Shown here: positions 21,473 to 31,146 of the stretch, one piece after another
Layout: each line of letters starts with the position of its first letter
How positions within the stretch are numbered: position 1 is the stretch's first letter
Position numbers and translations under genes: made by a program
Assembly (NCBI GenBank): GCA_047611265.1
Contig: JBLFWM010000001.1
Span: forward strand, 14,592-78,591
DNA: 64,000 nucleotides
Source of the DNA: Gammaproteobacteria bacterium
GTDB lineage: Bacteria; Pseudomonadota; Gammaproteobacteria; GCA-002705445; GCA-002716945
Reading direction: 5' to 3'
Notes under the pieces: generated by a model
Databases searched by the model: none
What the model was told of the DNA's origin: nothing
Seen by the model: only the letters and a program-made list of their open reading frames with translations

Positions 21473-21787
21473 ATGAAATCAATGAATAAATTACTTGCCG
21501 CGACCTTTATAATATTATTTGCATCATATGCGTTTGCAGATGAGATTCATCCAGGGAAAATAAAATCAGAGACATGTACTGGCTGTCATGCAATTCCTGG
21601 TTACAATAATGTTTACCCTACATATAAAGTTCCTAAACTAGCAGGTCAACATTCAGATTATATAGTCTCTGCTTTAAAAGCGTATCGTAGCAAAGATAGG
21701 AATCATAAAACGATGCATGCGAATGCTATAGGGTTAAGTGATCAAGATATAAATGATATAGCAAAATATTTTGAGTTATTGAAATGA
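21473..21787 (+). CDS. Monohaem class I c-type cytochrome (cytochrome c4 half-like)
   Basis: Signal peptide, CTGCH haem site and a distal Met region (HKTMHANA). 104 aa. Confidence 0.75.
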   Translation: MKSMNKLLAATFIILFASYAFADEIHPGKIKSETCTGCHAIPGYNNVYPTYKVPKLAGQHSDYIVSALKAYRSKDRNHKTMHANAIGLSDQDINDIAKYFELLK

Positions 21788-22110
21788 AAATAATGCAACT
21801 ATTAATGATTCTTGGTTTAAATTTAATTTCTACAGAATTAGCTTATGCAGACTATGATGCAGGAAAAGCTAAAGCCGAAGTTTGTGCAGCATGTCATGGC
21901 GCAGATGGAAATTCACAAATAACAATATATCCAAAATTAGCTGGGCAATATAAAAATTATCTTATTCACACATTGAATTCATATAAATCTGGATCTAGGA
22001 AAAACGCAATCATGAATGGGTTTGCTGCCGGTTTATCTGATCAAGATATAGAAGATTTGTCAGAATACTTTTCCAAGCAAGATGGCTTGAAAGTATTGCC
22101 AATGAAATAA
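21784..22110 (+). CDS. Monohaem class I c-type cytochrome (cytochrome c4 half-like)
   Basis: Signal peptide and CAACH haem site. 108 aa. ATGA overlap with the preceding cytochrome gene. Confidence 0.75.
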   Translation: MKIMQLLMILGLNLISTELAYADYDAGKAKAEVCAACHGADGNSQITIYPKLAGQYKNYLIHTLNSYKSGSRKNAIMNGFAAGLSDQDIEDLSEYFSKQDGLKVLPMK

Positions 22111-22115
22111 CTCTA

Positions 22116-25100
22116 TCATCTACTTTCTATTAACCGATATAATGCAGGTACCAGGTATAGTGTAATTAAAGAAGATAAAGTAATTCCTCCTAAAACAACA
22201 ATCGCCATAGAATATCTACTTTCAGCCCCTGCGCCACTACTCATCACAAGAGGGACAGCCCCTAAAAGAGTGGATATAGTTGTCATTAAAACTGGTCTCA
22301 GCCTTATTAAAGATGACTCAAAGATTGCCTCGTCTACACTCATGCCTTTTTTCCTTAACTGATTTGCAAATTCTACGACTAATATCCCATTCTTGGTAAT
22401 TAATCCAATTAACATCAGGAAGCCTATTTGGCTATATACATTTATAGAGGTTCCGGTTAAAAATAAAGTGTAAAGGCCAGCAGTTAAAGCTATAGGCACT
22501 GTTAATATTATGGCTAGTGGATTTCTAAAGCTCTCAAACTGAGCTGCCAGGACTAGATAAACAATTAATATGGCAAATAAAATTGTTATTTCTAAACTAC
22601 TACCTGACTCATAATATTCTTTTGATTGCCCGCTAAATGATATTTTAGCATTAGCTGGTAATACAGAATCCGTAACACCAATTAAATCTGTTAATGCATC
22701 GCCTAATGGATAGCCAGGAGCTAAAGACGCAGAAAATATTGTAGAAGGTAACCTATTAATCCTATTTAAGCTTTGACTAGTGGATGTTTCTTCATATGTA
22801 ACTAGGTTTGACAAAGGTATCAGGGATGAATTTGAGGATTTAACAAATATATTATCTAAACTATTGGGGTTAACTCTAAATGATTTATCAGCTTGCAAGA
22901 TTACGTTATAAGTCAAACCATCCTTAGAGAAAGTTGTAACCTGGTTTGAAGCTAGCAATATCTCCATTGTTCTGGTAATAGAATCAGCTGAAACCCCTAA
23001 CTCATAAGCCTTATCTCTGTTTATTTCTAAATTTAACCGTGGGCTTGTAATTTTATAATCAATATTAGCATTTCTTAATTTAAGATCAGCAGACTTGTTT
23101 ATTAAAATATTTCCCCATTCATTGATATCTTCATAATTTCCACCACTAATCACTAACTGAACAGGTGGTGTAAAACGACTACCACCAAGGCTTGGTGGAT
23201 TAATAGCATATATTCTTGCTCCAGGAATAGATAATAATTGAGGAAAAATCTCTCGGACAATATCTTTCTGATGCCTTCTGCTACCCCAGTCAGTTAATGT
23301 GGTAAACATAAAGGCTGAATTAACTTCGCCTGGTTTTCCTGAAAATCCAGGGGCAACAATTGAAAATACAGTGTTAATTTCTTTGTTTTCTACATATGGT
23401 TTTAAAGTTTTTTCAACTTGACGAACTATAGAGTCAGTATAGCTAAGAGTAGATCCTTCGGGAGCTGTGATAGAAATAATAAATATTCCTCTGTCTTCTG
23501 TAGGAGCCAGTTCTTTTTGCACTACTTGAAATAATAATACAGATATAACTATCATTATAACTGAAAAAAGATAAACCCTTCTGGGGTTCTTCTGTGATTC
23601 CAATAAAGACTCTCTATAAAATTTTCTAAATTTTCTAATAAGCATAGGTTCTTCATCTATCTTTTCTTTATTTTTAATTAATTTTGAACACAACATTGGA
23701 GTTAACGTTAAAGCAACAATGCTTGAAAAAATTACAGCAAAAGATAAAACTACTCCAAATTCAATAAATAGTCTCCCTGTCTTTCCACCCATAAAAGATA
23801 ACGGAAGAAATACAGCGACGAGCACAAGCGTTGTTGCTATCACAACGAATGTAATTTGTTTGGCACCCTCAATAGATGCTTCGAATGCCTTTTCACCATC
23901 CTCAATTCTTCTTTTTATATTTTCTAAAACAACAATTGAGTCATCAACAATTAACCCTATCGCTAATACCAAAGCTAAAAATGTAAGTACGTTTAATGAA
24001 TACCCTAGTGCATATATGACATAGAATGTTGAAATTAATGAAACCGGTATAGTAATGGCAGGAATAAATGTTGCTGCAGAAGATGCCAGAAAATAATATA
24101 TTACTCCAATCACCATTAACATTGAAATCAAAAGTGCAAATCTCACTTCAGAAATTGATTCATCAACAAACACTGATTGATCATAACCTACAAACATGTT
24201 GATATTGCTGGGTAATGTAGGTCTGATTAAATTTAATTCTTTTTTTATAGCTGAGGCAACTTTTAATACATTAGATTTAGTTTGTCTCACAACACCAAGT
24301 CCAATTGCATTCTCATTATTGGCCCTTAAAAAACCTCTATCACTTTCTGCACCAATAATAATTTCTGCTACATCACCAAGCCTTATTTTTCTATTATCAT
24401 AAGTCTTGATTACTATGTCATTAAACATATTAATGTCAGATAATTTTGATTTTACCTGTATGCCTATTTCTCGATCAACAGAATCAAGACGTCCAGCTGG
24501 TTTTTCAATGTTTTCTTTATTTATAGCATTTAAAATATCATCTACTGTTACCTGCCTTGATGACATTTTATCTGGATCAAGCCAGATTCTAATCGCATAT
24601 TTTCTCTCTCCACCAACAGTAATAGAAGCCACTCCTGGCAAAATAGATAATCTGTCGATAACATTTCTATCTAAGTAGTCATTAAGAGCTATGCTATCAA
24701 GTTGTTCGCTTGTAAAACCAATCCATAAAATTGCTCTTGCATCAGTATCAGATTTTGCAACCCTTGGTTGTTCAGAATCTTTTGGTAATCTTGGAATAGC
24801 TCTCGATACTTTCTCTCTTACATCGTTAGCGGCAGACTCCATGTCTCTTGACAAGTTGAATTCAATTCTTATTTGTGAAATTTCATCTTTACTTGCAGAT
24901 TTTATTTCCTTAATATTTGAGATTCCAGATAATGAGTCTTCAAGTATCTGCGTGATATCTCTCTCAATAATCTCAGCCGAAGCTCCACGATATACCGTTG
25001 ATACAGTGACAACTGGCTTATCTATATCTGGGTATTCTCTAATCGATAATTTATCATATGAAACTAGTCCTATAAGCACTAAAAACATACTTATTACTGC

Positions 25101-25142
25101 TGCGAGAACAGGTCTTCGAACTGTTATTTCTGATATGTGCAT
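22116..25142 (-). CDS. RND family efflux transporter, inner-membrane permease
   Basis: 1008 aa with a 12-TM AcrB/HAE1-like architecture. N-terminus is ISEITVRRPVLAAVISMFLVLIG. Confidence 0.9.
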   Translation of the reverse strand: MHISEITVRRPVLAAVISMFLVLIGLVSYDKLSIREYPDIDKPVVTVSTVYRGASAEIIERDITQILEDSLSGISNIKEIKSASKDEISQIRIEFNLSRDMESAANDVREKVSRAIPRLPKDSEQPRVAKSDTDARAILWIGFTSEQLDSIALNDYLDRNVIDRLSILPGVASITVGGERKYAIRIWLDPDKMSSRQVTVDDILNAINKENIEKPAGRLDSVDREIGIQVKSKLSDINMFNDIVIKTYDNRKIRLGDVAEIIIGAESDRGFLRANNENAIGLGVVRQTKSNVLKVASAIKKELNLIRPTLPSNINMFVGYDQSVFVDESISEVRFALLISMLMVIGVIYYFLASSAATFIPAITIPVSLISTFYVIYALGYSLNVLTFLALVLAIGLIVDDSIVVLENIKRRIEDGEKAFEASIEGAKQITFVVIATTLVLVAVFLPLSFMGGKTGRLFIEFGVVLSFAVIFSSIVALTLTPMLCSKLIKNKEKIDEEPMLIRKFRKFYRESLLESQKNPRRVYLFSVIMIVISVLLFQVVQKELAPTEDRGIFIISITAPEGSTLSYTDSIVRQVEKTLKPYVENKEINTVFSIVAPGFSGKPGEVNSAFMFTTLTDWGSRRHQKDIVREIFPQLLSIPGARIYAINPPSLGGSRFTPPVQLVISGGNYEDINEWGNILINKSADLKLRNANIDYKITSPRLNLEINRDKAYELGVSADSITRTMEILLASNQVTTFSKDGLTYNVILQADKSFRVNPNSLDNIFVKSSNSSLIPLSNLVTYEETSTSQSLNRINRLPSTIFSASLAPGYPLGDALTDLIGVTDSVLPANAKISFSGQSKEYYESGSSLEITILFAILIVYLVLAAQFESFRNPLAIILTVPIALTAGLYTLFLTGTSINVYSQIGFLMLIGLITKNGILVVEFANQLRKKGMSVDEAIFESSLIRLRPVLMTTISTLLGAVPLVMSSGAGAESRYSMAIVVLGGITLSSLITLYLVPALYRLIESR

Positions 25143-25145
25143 CTA

Positions 25146-26060
25146 TTACTCTATAATTTTTATCTTAGATCCATCTTTTAGTTTTTCATGACCCATAAAT
25201 ATCACTTTATCAAAAGTATTTAATCCAGATTTAATCTCTACCAAGGCATTATTTCGAATACCTATCTCCACTACTATTAGTTTAGCAATATTATTATCTA
25301 CAATATAAACATAATGTTTTTTGTTAATACTTAATAATGATTTCTCGGGTATCAAAATTGCGCCCTCTTTTTCCTCTAGAAAAATATCCATTTTCATCAA
25401 TAGACCGGGCTTTAATATATTATTTTTATTGTCTAATAAAGCATAGGCGCTAATGGTTCTGGTTTTAGTATCTATCCTAGTATCCACATATTCTAACGTA
25501 CCCTCATATTTAGCACCTGGAATACTGTCTGTGATAGCAATAAATGATAATTTCTTTGTTAAATAGCCAAGTATACGTTCTGGTAAATTAATTGGTAATT
25601 TCATATAGCTATGCTCATCTAATGAGGTAAGAAGCTCTCCTTTAGATACTGCATCTCCTATATTTTTCTTACTAAGACCTATCATTCCTGAAAAAGGAGC
25701 ATATATTTTAGTTAAGCCAATGGTGTCAGAAGAAATTATAGAAAAAAGTAAATCACCTTTCTTAACAGTAGTGGCTTCTCTATAATGAATGTTATCTAGA
25801 AGACCATTAACTTTAGAAGTGATATTAATTGATTCACGCGCTTCAATTACAGATAATGCTCGATATGTTTTTTGTACAGTATCAATTTTTACTGACACAG
25901 CTTTCACTGCAATAATTCTTGTTTTACTCATGAATTGAGCAAAACCAGTATATTTTAAATACAAAGATATTCCACCATAAAAAAGGCCAGCAATAAAAAT
26001 AAATATAAAAATCTTAAATACACTCAAAGATTTTACATAATTTATAATTTTAGTCAGCAT
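25146..26060 (-). CDS. RND efflux periplasmic adaptor (membrane fusion protein)
   Basis: N-terminal TM anchor and lipoyl/beta-barrel-like pattern. Lies immediately upstream of the RND permease. Confidence 0.8.
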   Translation of the reverse strand: MLTKIINYVKSLSVFKIFIFIFIAGLFYGGISLYLKYTGFAQFMSKTRIIAVKAVSVKIDTVQKTYRALSVIEARESINITSKVNGLLDNIHYREATTVKKGDLLFSIISSDTIGLTKIYAPFSGMIGLSKKNIGDAVSKGELLTSLDEHSYMKLPINLPERILGYLTKKLSFIAITDSIPGAKYEGTLEYVDTRIDTKTRTISAYALLDNKNNILKPGLLMKMDIFLEEKEGAILIPEKSLLSINKKHYVYIVDNNIAKLIVVEIGIRNNALVEIKSGLNTFDKVIFMGHEKLKDGSKIKIIE

Positions 26061-26084
26061 TGCTCAACCTATCGGTGTTATAGC

Positions 26085-26810
26085 CTATTCTATCCATATT
26101 AATGAAGCAATTCTACCAGTATTAGTTTCACCTCTGTATGAATAATATAAGTTTGCACTTTGATAGGTACACATTTCATCTGTGAATATTTTTTCAACAC
26201 CTGCATCTTTTAAAAAAACTTTAGCTGCTTTTTTTAAATCGAGTCCCCAGTGCTCTTCATCAATCCTGTTGAAGATTGTTGGAGATATTGTAGATAGTTT
26301 CTTATAGACGTCTTCTCGGACTAAATAATTATTTTGACTAATAGAAGGGCCGATCCAACATATAATTTCAGAAGGGTCCTTCGAAAATTTTTTAATAAAT
26401 TTTGTTATTATGCCATTATCTAGACCTCTCCAGCCTGCATGGATTACCCCAACTTTTGTTCCATCTTTATTACAGACCAGTATAGGTAAACAGTCAGCAG
26501 ATAAAACAGCACAAGGCAGGCCCACTGTATCCGTATAAGACCCATCACATACTAATCCTGATACTGACTGCTTAACTTTTTTTATAGTTGCGCTATGTAT
26601 TTGTTTCATCCAGCAGGGCTCCATTGTTAGGTTTAAAGATTTTTTTATATCTCTCCTGTTTTTTTTAACATGAGTTTGCTCATCACCTACATCTAAGCTG
26701 AGATTAGAATCTTTATATTCGCCTTTACTGAATCCACCTATACGCGTTGTAGAAAAAGCTTTTATATTACTAGGGACTTCCCAAATTACTGGCTTAATTT
26801 GTATCGGCAT
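26085..26810 (-). CDS. pgeF: Purine nucleoside phosphorylase / polyphenol oxidase YfiH family (PgeF)
   Basis: Contains QIHSATI, SADCLPILV and HAGWRG motifs. Conserved rluD-pgeF linkage. Confidence 0.85.
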   Translation of the reverse strand: MPIQIKPVIWEVPSNIKAFSTTRIGGFSKGEYKDSNLSLDVGDEQTHVKKNRRDIKKSLNLTMEPCWMKQIHSATIKKVKQSVSGLVCDGSYTDTVGLPCAVLSADCLPILVCNKDGTKVGVIHAGWRGLDNGIITKFIKKFSKDPSEIICWIGPSISQNNYLVREDVYKKLSTISPTIFNRIDEEHWGLDLKKAAKVFLKDAGVEKIFTDEMCTYQSANLYYSYRGETNTGRIASLIWIE

Positions 26811-27750
26811 AACTATGTTTCTCGATTAGTGACTGTATTTTTAAAAATTCATCTGGCGGAGAAGATTTTATAAAAAAAACTTCTTTTGTAGACGGATGTT
26901 TAAATTCTAGTGACATAGCATGTAATGCATGACCATTATATGAATCTAAAAATTTAACTAACTCAGTATTTTTACTAAATATAGATTTTCTAAACCCATA
27001 GAGCTTATCACCCAGAACTGGATGTCCAGTAAATGATAAGTGTACGCGTATCTGATGTGTTCTCCCAGTTACAAGCTCAACTTCAATTAATGATGCTTTA
27101 TCAAATCTACGTAAAATCTTAAGTCGTGAAACAGATTCCTTTCCAGAAAAGGTTACTGCCATTTTTTTTCGGTTTATCTTATGTCTGCCTATTTTTTCAT
27201 CTATCACGCTTATATTCTTTAAAATTCCAGATGTGATAGCTAGGTACTTCTTTGTTATTGATTTATTTTGAATCTGTTGCGTTAGATTATTATGGGATTG
27301 AAGTGATCTCGCTATAATTAATAACCCAGAAGTCTGTTTATCTAGACGATGTATTATTCCAGCTCTAGGCACATTTCTCAATTCAGGATATTTAAATAAT
27401 AAAGCATTTTGTAATGTACCTGAATAATTTCCAACTGCTGTATGAGTTACCATCCCACTATTCTTATTAACAATTATAAAGTCATCATCCTCATGTAATA
27501 TATTTAAGGCGATATCTTCTGGGATAATATTTATCTCTTCATTAGGGTGAACTTCTATTTCAATTTCAGACTTAATCGAAATCTTATCTTTAGGAGAGCA
27601 AGTTTTACCATTAACTAGTATTTTTTCTGCATTAATCCAATTTTTGATGGTTGATCTTGAATATTCAGGTAAATGAGATGATATAATCTGATCTAATCTT
27701 AGATTTTTTTTTGGTTCAATATCAAACTTATAAAAAGTGACATTTTTCAT
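26794..27750 (-). CDS. rluD: 23S rRNA pseudouridine synthase RluD
   Basis: S4 domain plus the HRLDKQTSGLLIIA catalytic motif. I prefer the start at MKNVTFYKF (27750), because the ORF-track start at 27795 would overlap bamD. Confidence 0.9.
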   Translation of the reverse strand: MKNVTFYKFDIEPKKNLRLDQIISSHLPEYSRSTIKNWINAEKILVNGKTCSPKDKISIKSEIEIEVHPNEEINIIPEDIALNILHEDDDFIIVNKNSGMVTHTAVGNYSGTLQNALLFKYPELRNVPRAGIIHRLDKQTSGLLIIARSLQSHNNLTQQIQNKSITKKYLAITSGILKNISVIDEKIGRHKINRKKMAVTFSGKESVSRLKILRRFDKASLIEVELVTGRTHQIRVHLSFTGHPVLGDKLYGFRKSIFSKNTELVKFLDSYNGHALHAMSLEFKHPSTKEVFFIKSSPPDEFLKIQSLIEKHSYADTN

Positions 27751-27785
27751 AGTGTAATCCCATGTAACTGCTCTATAATAACAAA

Positions 27786-28664
27786 ATGAAAGCAAAAATA
27801 CTCCTTATAAACCTTATCTTTAGTGTATTATTATCAAGCTGCTCATACTGGGAAGGTGTTTTTAAAGAGGCAGACCCTACTATAGGCATGTCGGCTGCAC
27901 AAATATATGGGGAAGGAAGGGCATTTCTTGATGCCGAGGATTACCCAAATGCCATCATGTATTTTGATATATTGGAAGCTAGATACCCGTTTGGCATATA
28001 CTCAACTCAATCAATGCTTGATTTATCATATGCGTCATATAAATCAAATTTAAAAGCAGAAGCAATTGTTAATGCCGATAGGTTTATCAGATTGTATCCA
28101 AATCATCCAAATGTATCATATGCATATTACCTTCGTGCGCTATCGAATTTTAACAAAGACCAAAATCTTATAACTGAACTACTTGGTCAGGATCCATCAA
28201 AATATGATGTATCAAAACTAAGGCAATCATTTGATGACTTTTCTGTGATAGTAAATAAATTTCCTAATACTAAATATGCCAAGGATTCAAGAAACAGACT
28301 GTTATATATCAAAAACAAGATGGCAGCTAACGAATTGTATATAGCAAAATATTATATTAAACGATCAGCCCATATAGCAGCAATAGAAAGAATAAAATAT
28401 CTATTAACCAATTACAATGGGACACCTAGCACAGAAGAAGGTTTATTAATTTTAATAGAGAGTTATAAGTATTTAAAGATGAATGATTTAGCATCTGATA
28501 CAGCTAGAGTTTTAAAAGAGAATTATCCTAATTATACGATAGTAAATAAAAACGGGGTTATAACGGCAATCAAGAAAAAAATCAAAGTAGCCAAGGAAAT
28601 AGAAGCTCCGAAAGATGATGGTTCAAGTTGGTTTAACTTTTTAAATATATATAATTATTTCTAG
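27786..28664 (+). CDS. bamD: Outer membrane protein assembly factor BamD
   Basis: Lipobox LLSSC and TPR-like repeats. Divergent from rluD, as in many proteobacteria. Confidence 0.85.
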   Translation: MKAKILLINLIFSVLLSSCSYWEGVFKEADPTIGMSAAQIYGEGRAFLDAEDYPNAIMYFDILEARYPFGIYSTQSMLDLSYASYKSNLKAEAIVNADRFIRLYPNHPNVSYAYYLRALSNFNKDQNLITELLGQDPSKYDVSKLRQSFDDFSVIVNKFPNTKYAKDSRNRLLYIKNKMAANELYIAKYYIKRSAHIAAIERIKYLLTNYNGTPSTEEGLLILIESYKYLKMNDLASDTARVLKENYPNYTIVNKNGVITAIKKKIKVAKEIEAPKDDGSSWFNFLNIYNYF

Positions 28665-29404
28665 CCTTTATCTTTTATAATACAAACAGGAATTGTTTTC
28701 ATCTTATGGATATTCTTTCTTCTAATACTTAAATATTTTTCTCTATACACGCTATTTTTATTTGACATAGCCTCTTCTAATTCCTCGTATGTCAGACCAA
28801 GCTGCTGTTCATCTGTTCTATCATCATCCCATAAACCATCAGTTGGAGGCGCGCTCAATATATCATTAGAAATATCCAATTCTTTTGATAAAGATCTTAC
28901 TTCGGATTTTGTCAAATCTGCAATAGGCGATATATCAACTCCACCATCACCATATTTCGTAAAAAAACCAACACCAAAGTCTTCAACTTTATTACCTGTA
29001 CCTACAACTATTCCTGAGAAAGATGCAGCTGCTTGATACAACAACATCATTCTTAACCTAGATTTACTATTAGCGAAACCTAAGTCATTAACAAAATCAG
29101 ATGCCACGCATGTCTCATAAAATTTATCAAAAGTATCGCTAAGATCAACTTCGCAAACTTTAATATTATTATATTTAGATAATAGAAAGTCACAGTGAAG
29201 CTTGCTCAAAGAAAGGTCTTTAGTTTTAAGCGGTATTTTTATTACTATGGTTTGAATACCAGTCATAGCGCACAGAGTACTCGTTAAAGCAGAGTCAATG
29301 CCTCCAGACACTCCAACTATTAAGCTTTGTATATTGTAATCAGAAGATTTGATATAATCTTTAATCCATTTCACTATATGCAATATCACTTTACTATTGT
29401 TCAT
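28661..29404 (-). CDS. nadE: Ammonia-dependent NAD+ synthetase
   Basis: 247 aa with the SGGIDSA PP-loop and a C-terminal LTYEELE region. Confidence 0.9.
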   Translation of the reverse strand: MNNSKVILHIVKWIKDYIKSSDYNIQSLIVGVSGGIDSALTSTLCAMTGIQTIVIKIPLKTKDLSLSKLHCDFLLSKYNNIKVCEVDLSDTFDKFYETCVASDFVNDLGFANSKSRLRMMLLYQAAASFSGIVVGTGNKVEDFGVGFFTKYGDGGVDISPIADLTKSEVRSLSKELDISNDILSAPPTDGLWDDDRTDEQQLGLTYEELEEAMSNKNSVYREKYLSIRRKNIHKMKTIPVCIIKDKG

Positions 29405-29513
29405 ATGTAAGGCCTTATATGTAACTAAAAACCAATCATTGGTTAATATTTAATCTAGAATCATATATTATAGTCTATAATAATAATAAAAGAATACTAT
29501 TCAAAATTTAAAT

Positions 29514-29711
29514 ATGCGTATAATCATAATACTTTTAGTAATATTTTTAGTTTATGTAATAGCTAAGTCATTGTTGACAAAAAAATCAAGGGTCATAAAA
29601 AAGACAACTAATAAAATTCAATATTGTAAGCATTGTAATACGTATGTGACAAATGAAGAGTATTGCCTTAATAATAATATTAATTATAAGAGCTGTCAGA
29701 ATTACAAGTGA
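29514..29711 (+). CDS. Small membrane-anchored Cys-rich protein (PP0621-family-like)
   Basis: 65 aa. Has an N-terminal TM helix, a basic linker, then YCKHCNTYV...C...C. The family assignment is from memory of the pattern only. Confidence 0.35.
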   Translation: MRIIIILLVIFLVYVIAKSLLTKKSRVIKKTTNKIQYCKHCNTYVTNEEYCLNNNINYKSCQNYK

Positions 29712-29800
29712 GATTAAGATGAAAAGAAGACCATTACTGTTAACATTAACTATAATTATGTTTATAGGAATACTGCTAACAGTTTTTTTACGATAAAAAT

Positions 29801-30379
29801 ATGCAGCTAATTATAATTTCTGGGAAAATAGGATCTGGTAAATCAACTTTAAGCAGATACTTCCAAAAAAAAGGTTACCATTATATAAATTCAGATATTC
29901 TTGCAAAGAATATTATTCAAAATAATAAATATATTATAGATAAATTAAATAAAGAATTTAATATTTTAGATAATGAAAAAATAATATCCTTAAAAAAATT
30001 AAAAATTATTCTCCTATCCTCAGAAGAAAATAAGGATAAGATTAATTCAATAATTCATCCTTCTTTTTACAAAGCACTAAACCTTATTCTTGAGAAATCT
30101 AGTAACAATAAGATAGTTCTTGAATTACCTCTCATTGAGACATATGGCAATATTAAGTATAATTTAAAAATAGTTACCGTTAAAACAAAATTAAAAATAA
30201 GAAAGCAAAGATACTTGGTTAAACCTAACTCTAAAGCTAAAGATTTTATAATTTTAAATAAATATCAAAAAAGCTCAGAGTATTATGAAAAATATTCTGA
30301 CTATGTCATATCTAATAATGATACTATAGAAATATTGCAAACTAGGTTTAATAAATTATATAGTAAATTTAAAGAATGA
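29801..30379 (+). CDS. coaE: Dephospho-CoA kinase
   Basis: P-loop GKIGSGKST at the N-terminus, 192 aa. Lies immediately upstream of zapD, as in E. coli coaE-zapD. Confidence 0.7.
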   Translation: MQLIIISGKIGSGKSTLSRYFQKKGYHYINSDILAKNIIQNNKYIIDKLNKEFNILDNEKIISLKKLKIILLSSEENKDKINSIIHPSFYKALNLILEKSSNNKIVLELPLIETYGNIKYNLKIVTVKTKLKIRKQRYLVKPNSKAKDFIILNKYQKSSEYYEKYSDYVISNNDTIEILQTRFNKLYSKFKE

Positions 30380-31143
30380 ATAGCTTATCAGACAATCAGG
30401 TTTCATTATACGAAGAACCTGTTCAAGAAAAAATTAGGAAATTTATTAAAATTGAATTTCTATTGAACAAGATTTACTATTTTAAAGGTAAAGATAATAA
30501 GAGTGAAAATTATATTGCCCTATTGGCGCTTTGTGAGCTATATGAAATTTTATCACGCAGTGATATAAAGTCTGAATTAATTAGAGAAATTGAAACACAA
30601 AATGCTTATCTCCAAAAGATAAAGGAAATACCTCAGACAGATGGTAGTAAATTAAACTCAGTTCTAGAAAAACAAAATCAACTTTTGAAATTAATTTATG
30701 GCATTGAGGTAAACTATCTAGATCACTTAGAACGTGATATTTTTTTTAAGACAATATTAAAAAACTGTTTTACTCAATTACAACCAGCTTCTATTGATTT
30801 TTGGTTATCAAGAGATATATTGAATAGGGAAACACAAATAGATTTATGGCTTGAGCCATTAATATTTATTAAACGGTCAATTGATTTTATTCTAGAAGTA
30901 ATAAGAAAATCTGGTAGATTTGAAGATAGAATGGCAGAGAAAGGATTTTTTATCGAGAAACTTGATCCAAAAAGAAATATTCTCCTTATCAGGGTAACCC
31001 TAACCTCTGATTTATACTATTATCCTCAAATTAGTGTAGGTAAGCAGAGATTAACCATAATGTTTATGACTAAAGATGATAAGAATAACTTGGTTCCACA
31101 TCAAGAAGATTTGAGTTTTATATTAACCACTTGTTCTCTTTAA
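30376..31143 (+). CDS. zapD: Cell division protein ZapD
   Basis: 255 aa. The N-terminal YEEPVQEKIRKFIKIEFLL resembles the ZapD (YacF) N-terminus. Linkage to coaE supports the call. Confidence 0.8.
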   Translation: MNSLSDNQVSLYEEPVQEKIRKFIKIEFLLNKIYYFKGKDNKSENYIALLALCELYEILSRSDIKSELIREIETQNAYLQKIKEIPQTDGSKLNSVLEKQNQLLKLIYGIEVNYLDHLERDIFFKTILKNCFTQLQPASIDFWLSRDILNRETQIDLWLEPLIFIKRSIDFILEVIRKSGRFEDRMAEKGFFIEKLDPKRNILLIRVTLTSDLYYYPQISVGKQRLTIMFMTKDDKNNLVPHQEDLSFILTTCSL

Positions 31144-31146
31144 AGA

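Noticed and set aside
21375-21473. Promoter calls from TATAAT-like hexamers in the intergenic regions generally (also upstream of soxX, secA/DUF721, leuA and ilvI).
   Set aside because: In roughly 30% GC sequence, -10-like hexamers occur constantly by chance. Only the mraZ promoter, with its perfect TTGACA at proper spacing, seemed worth listing as a feature.
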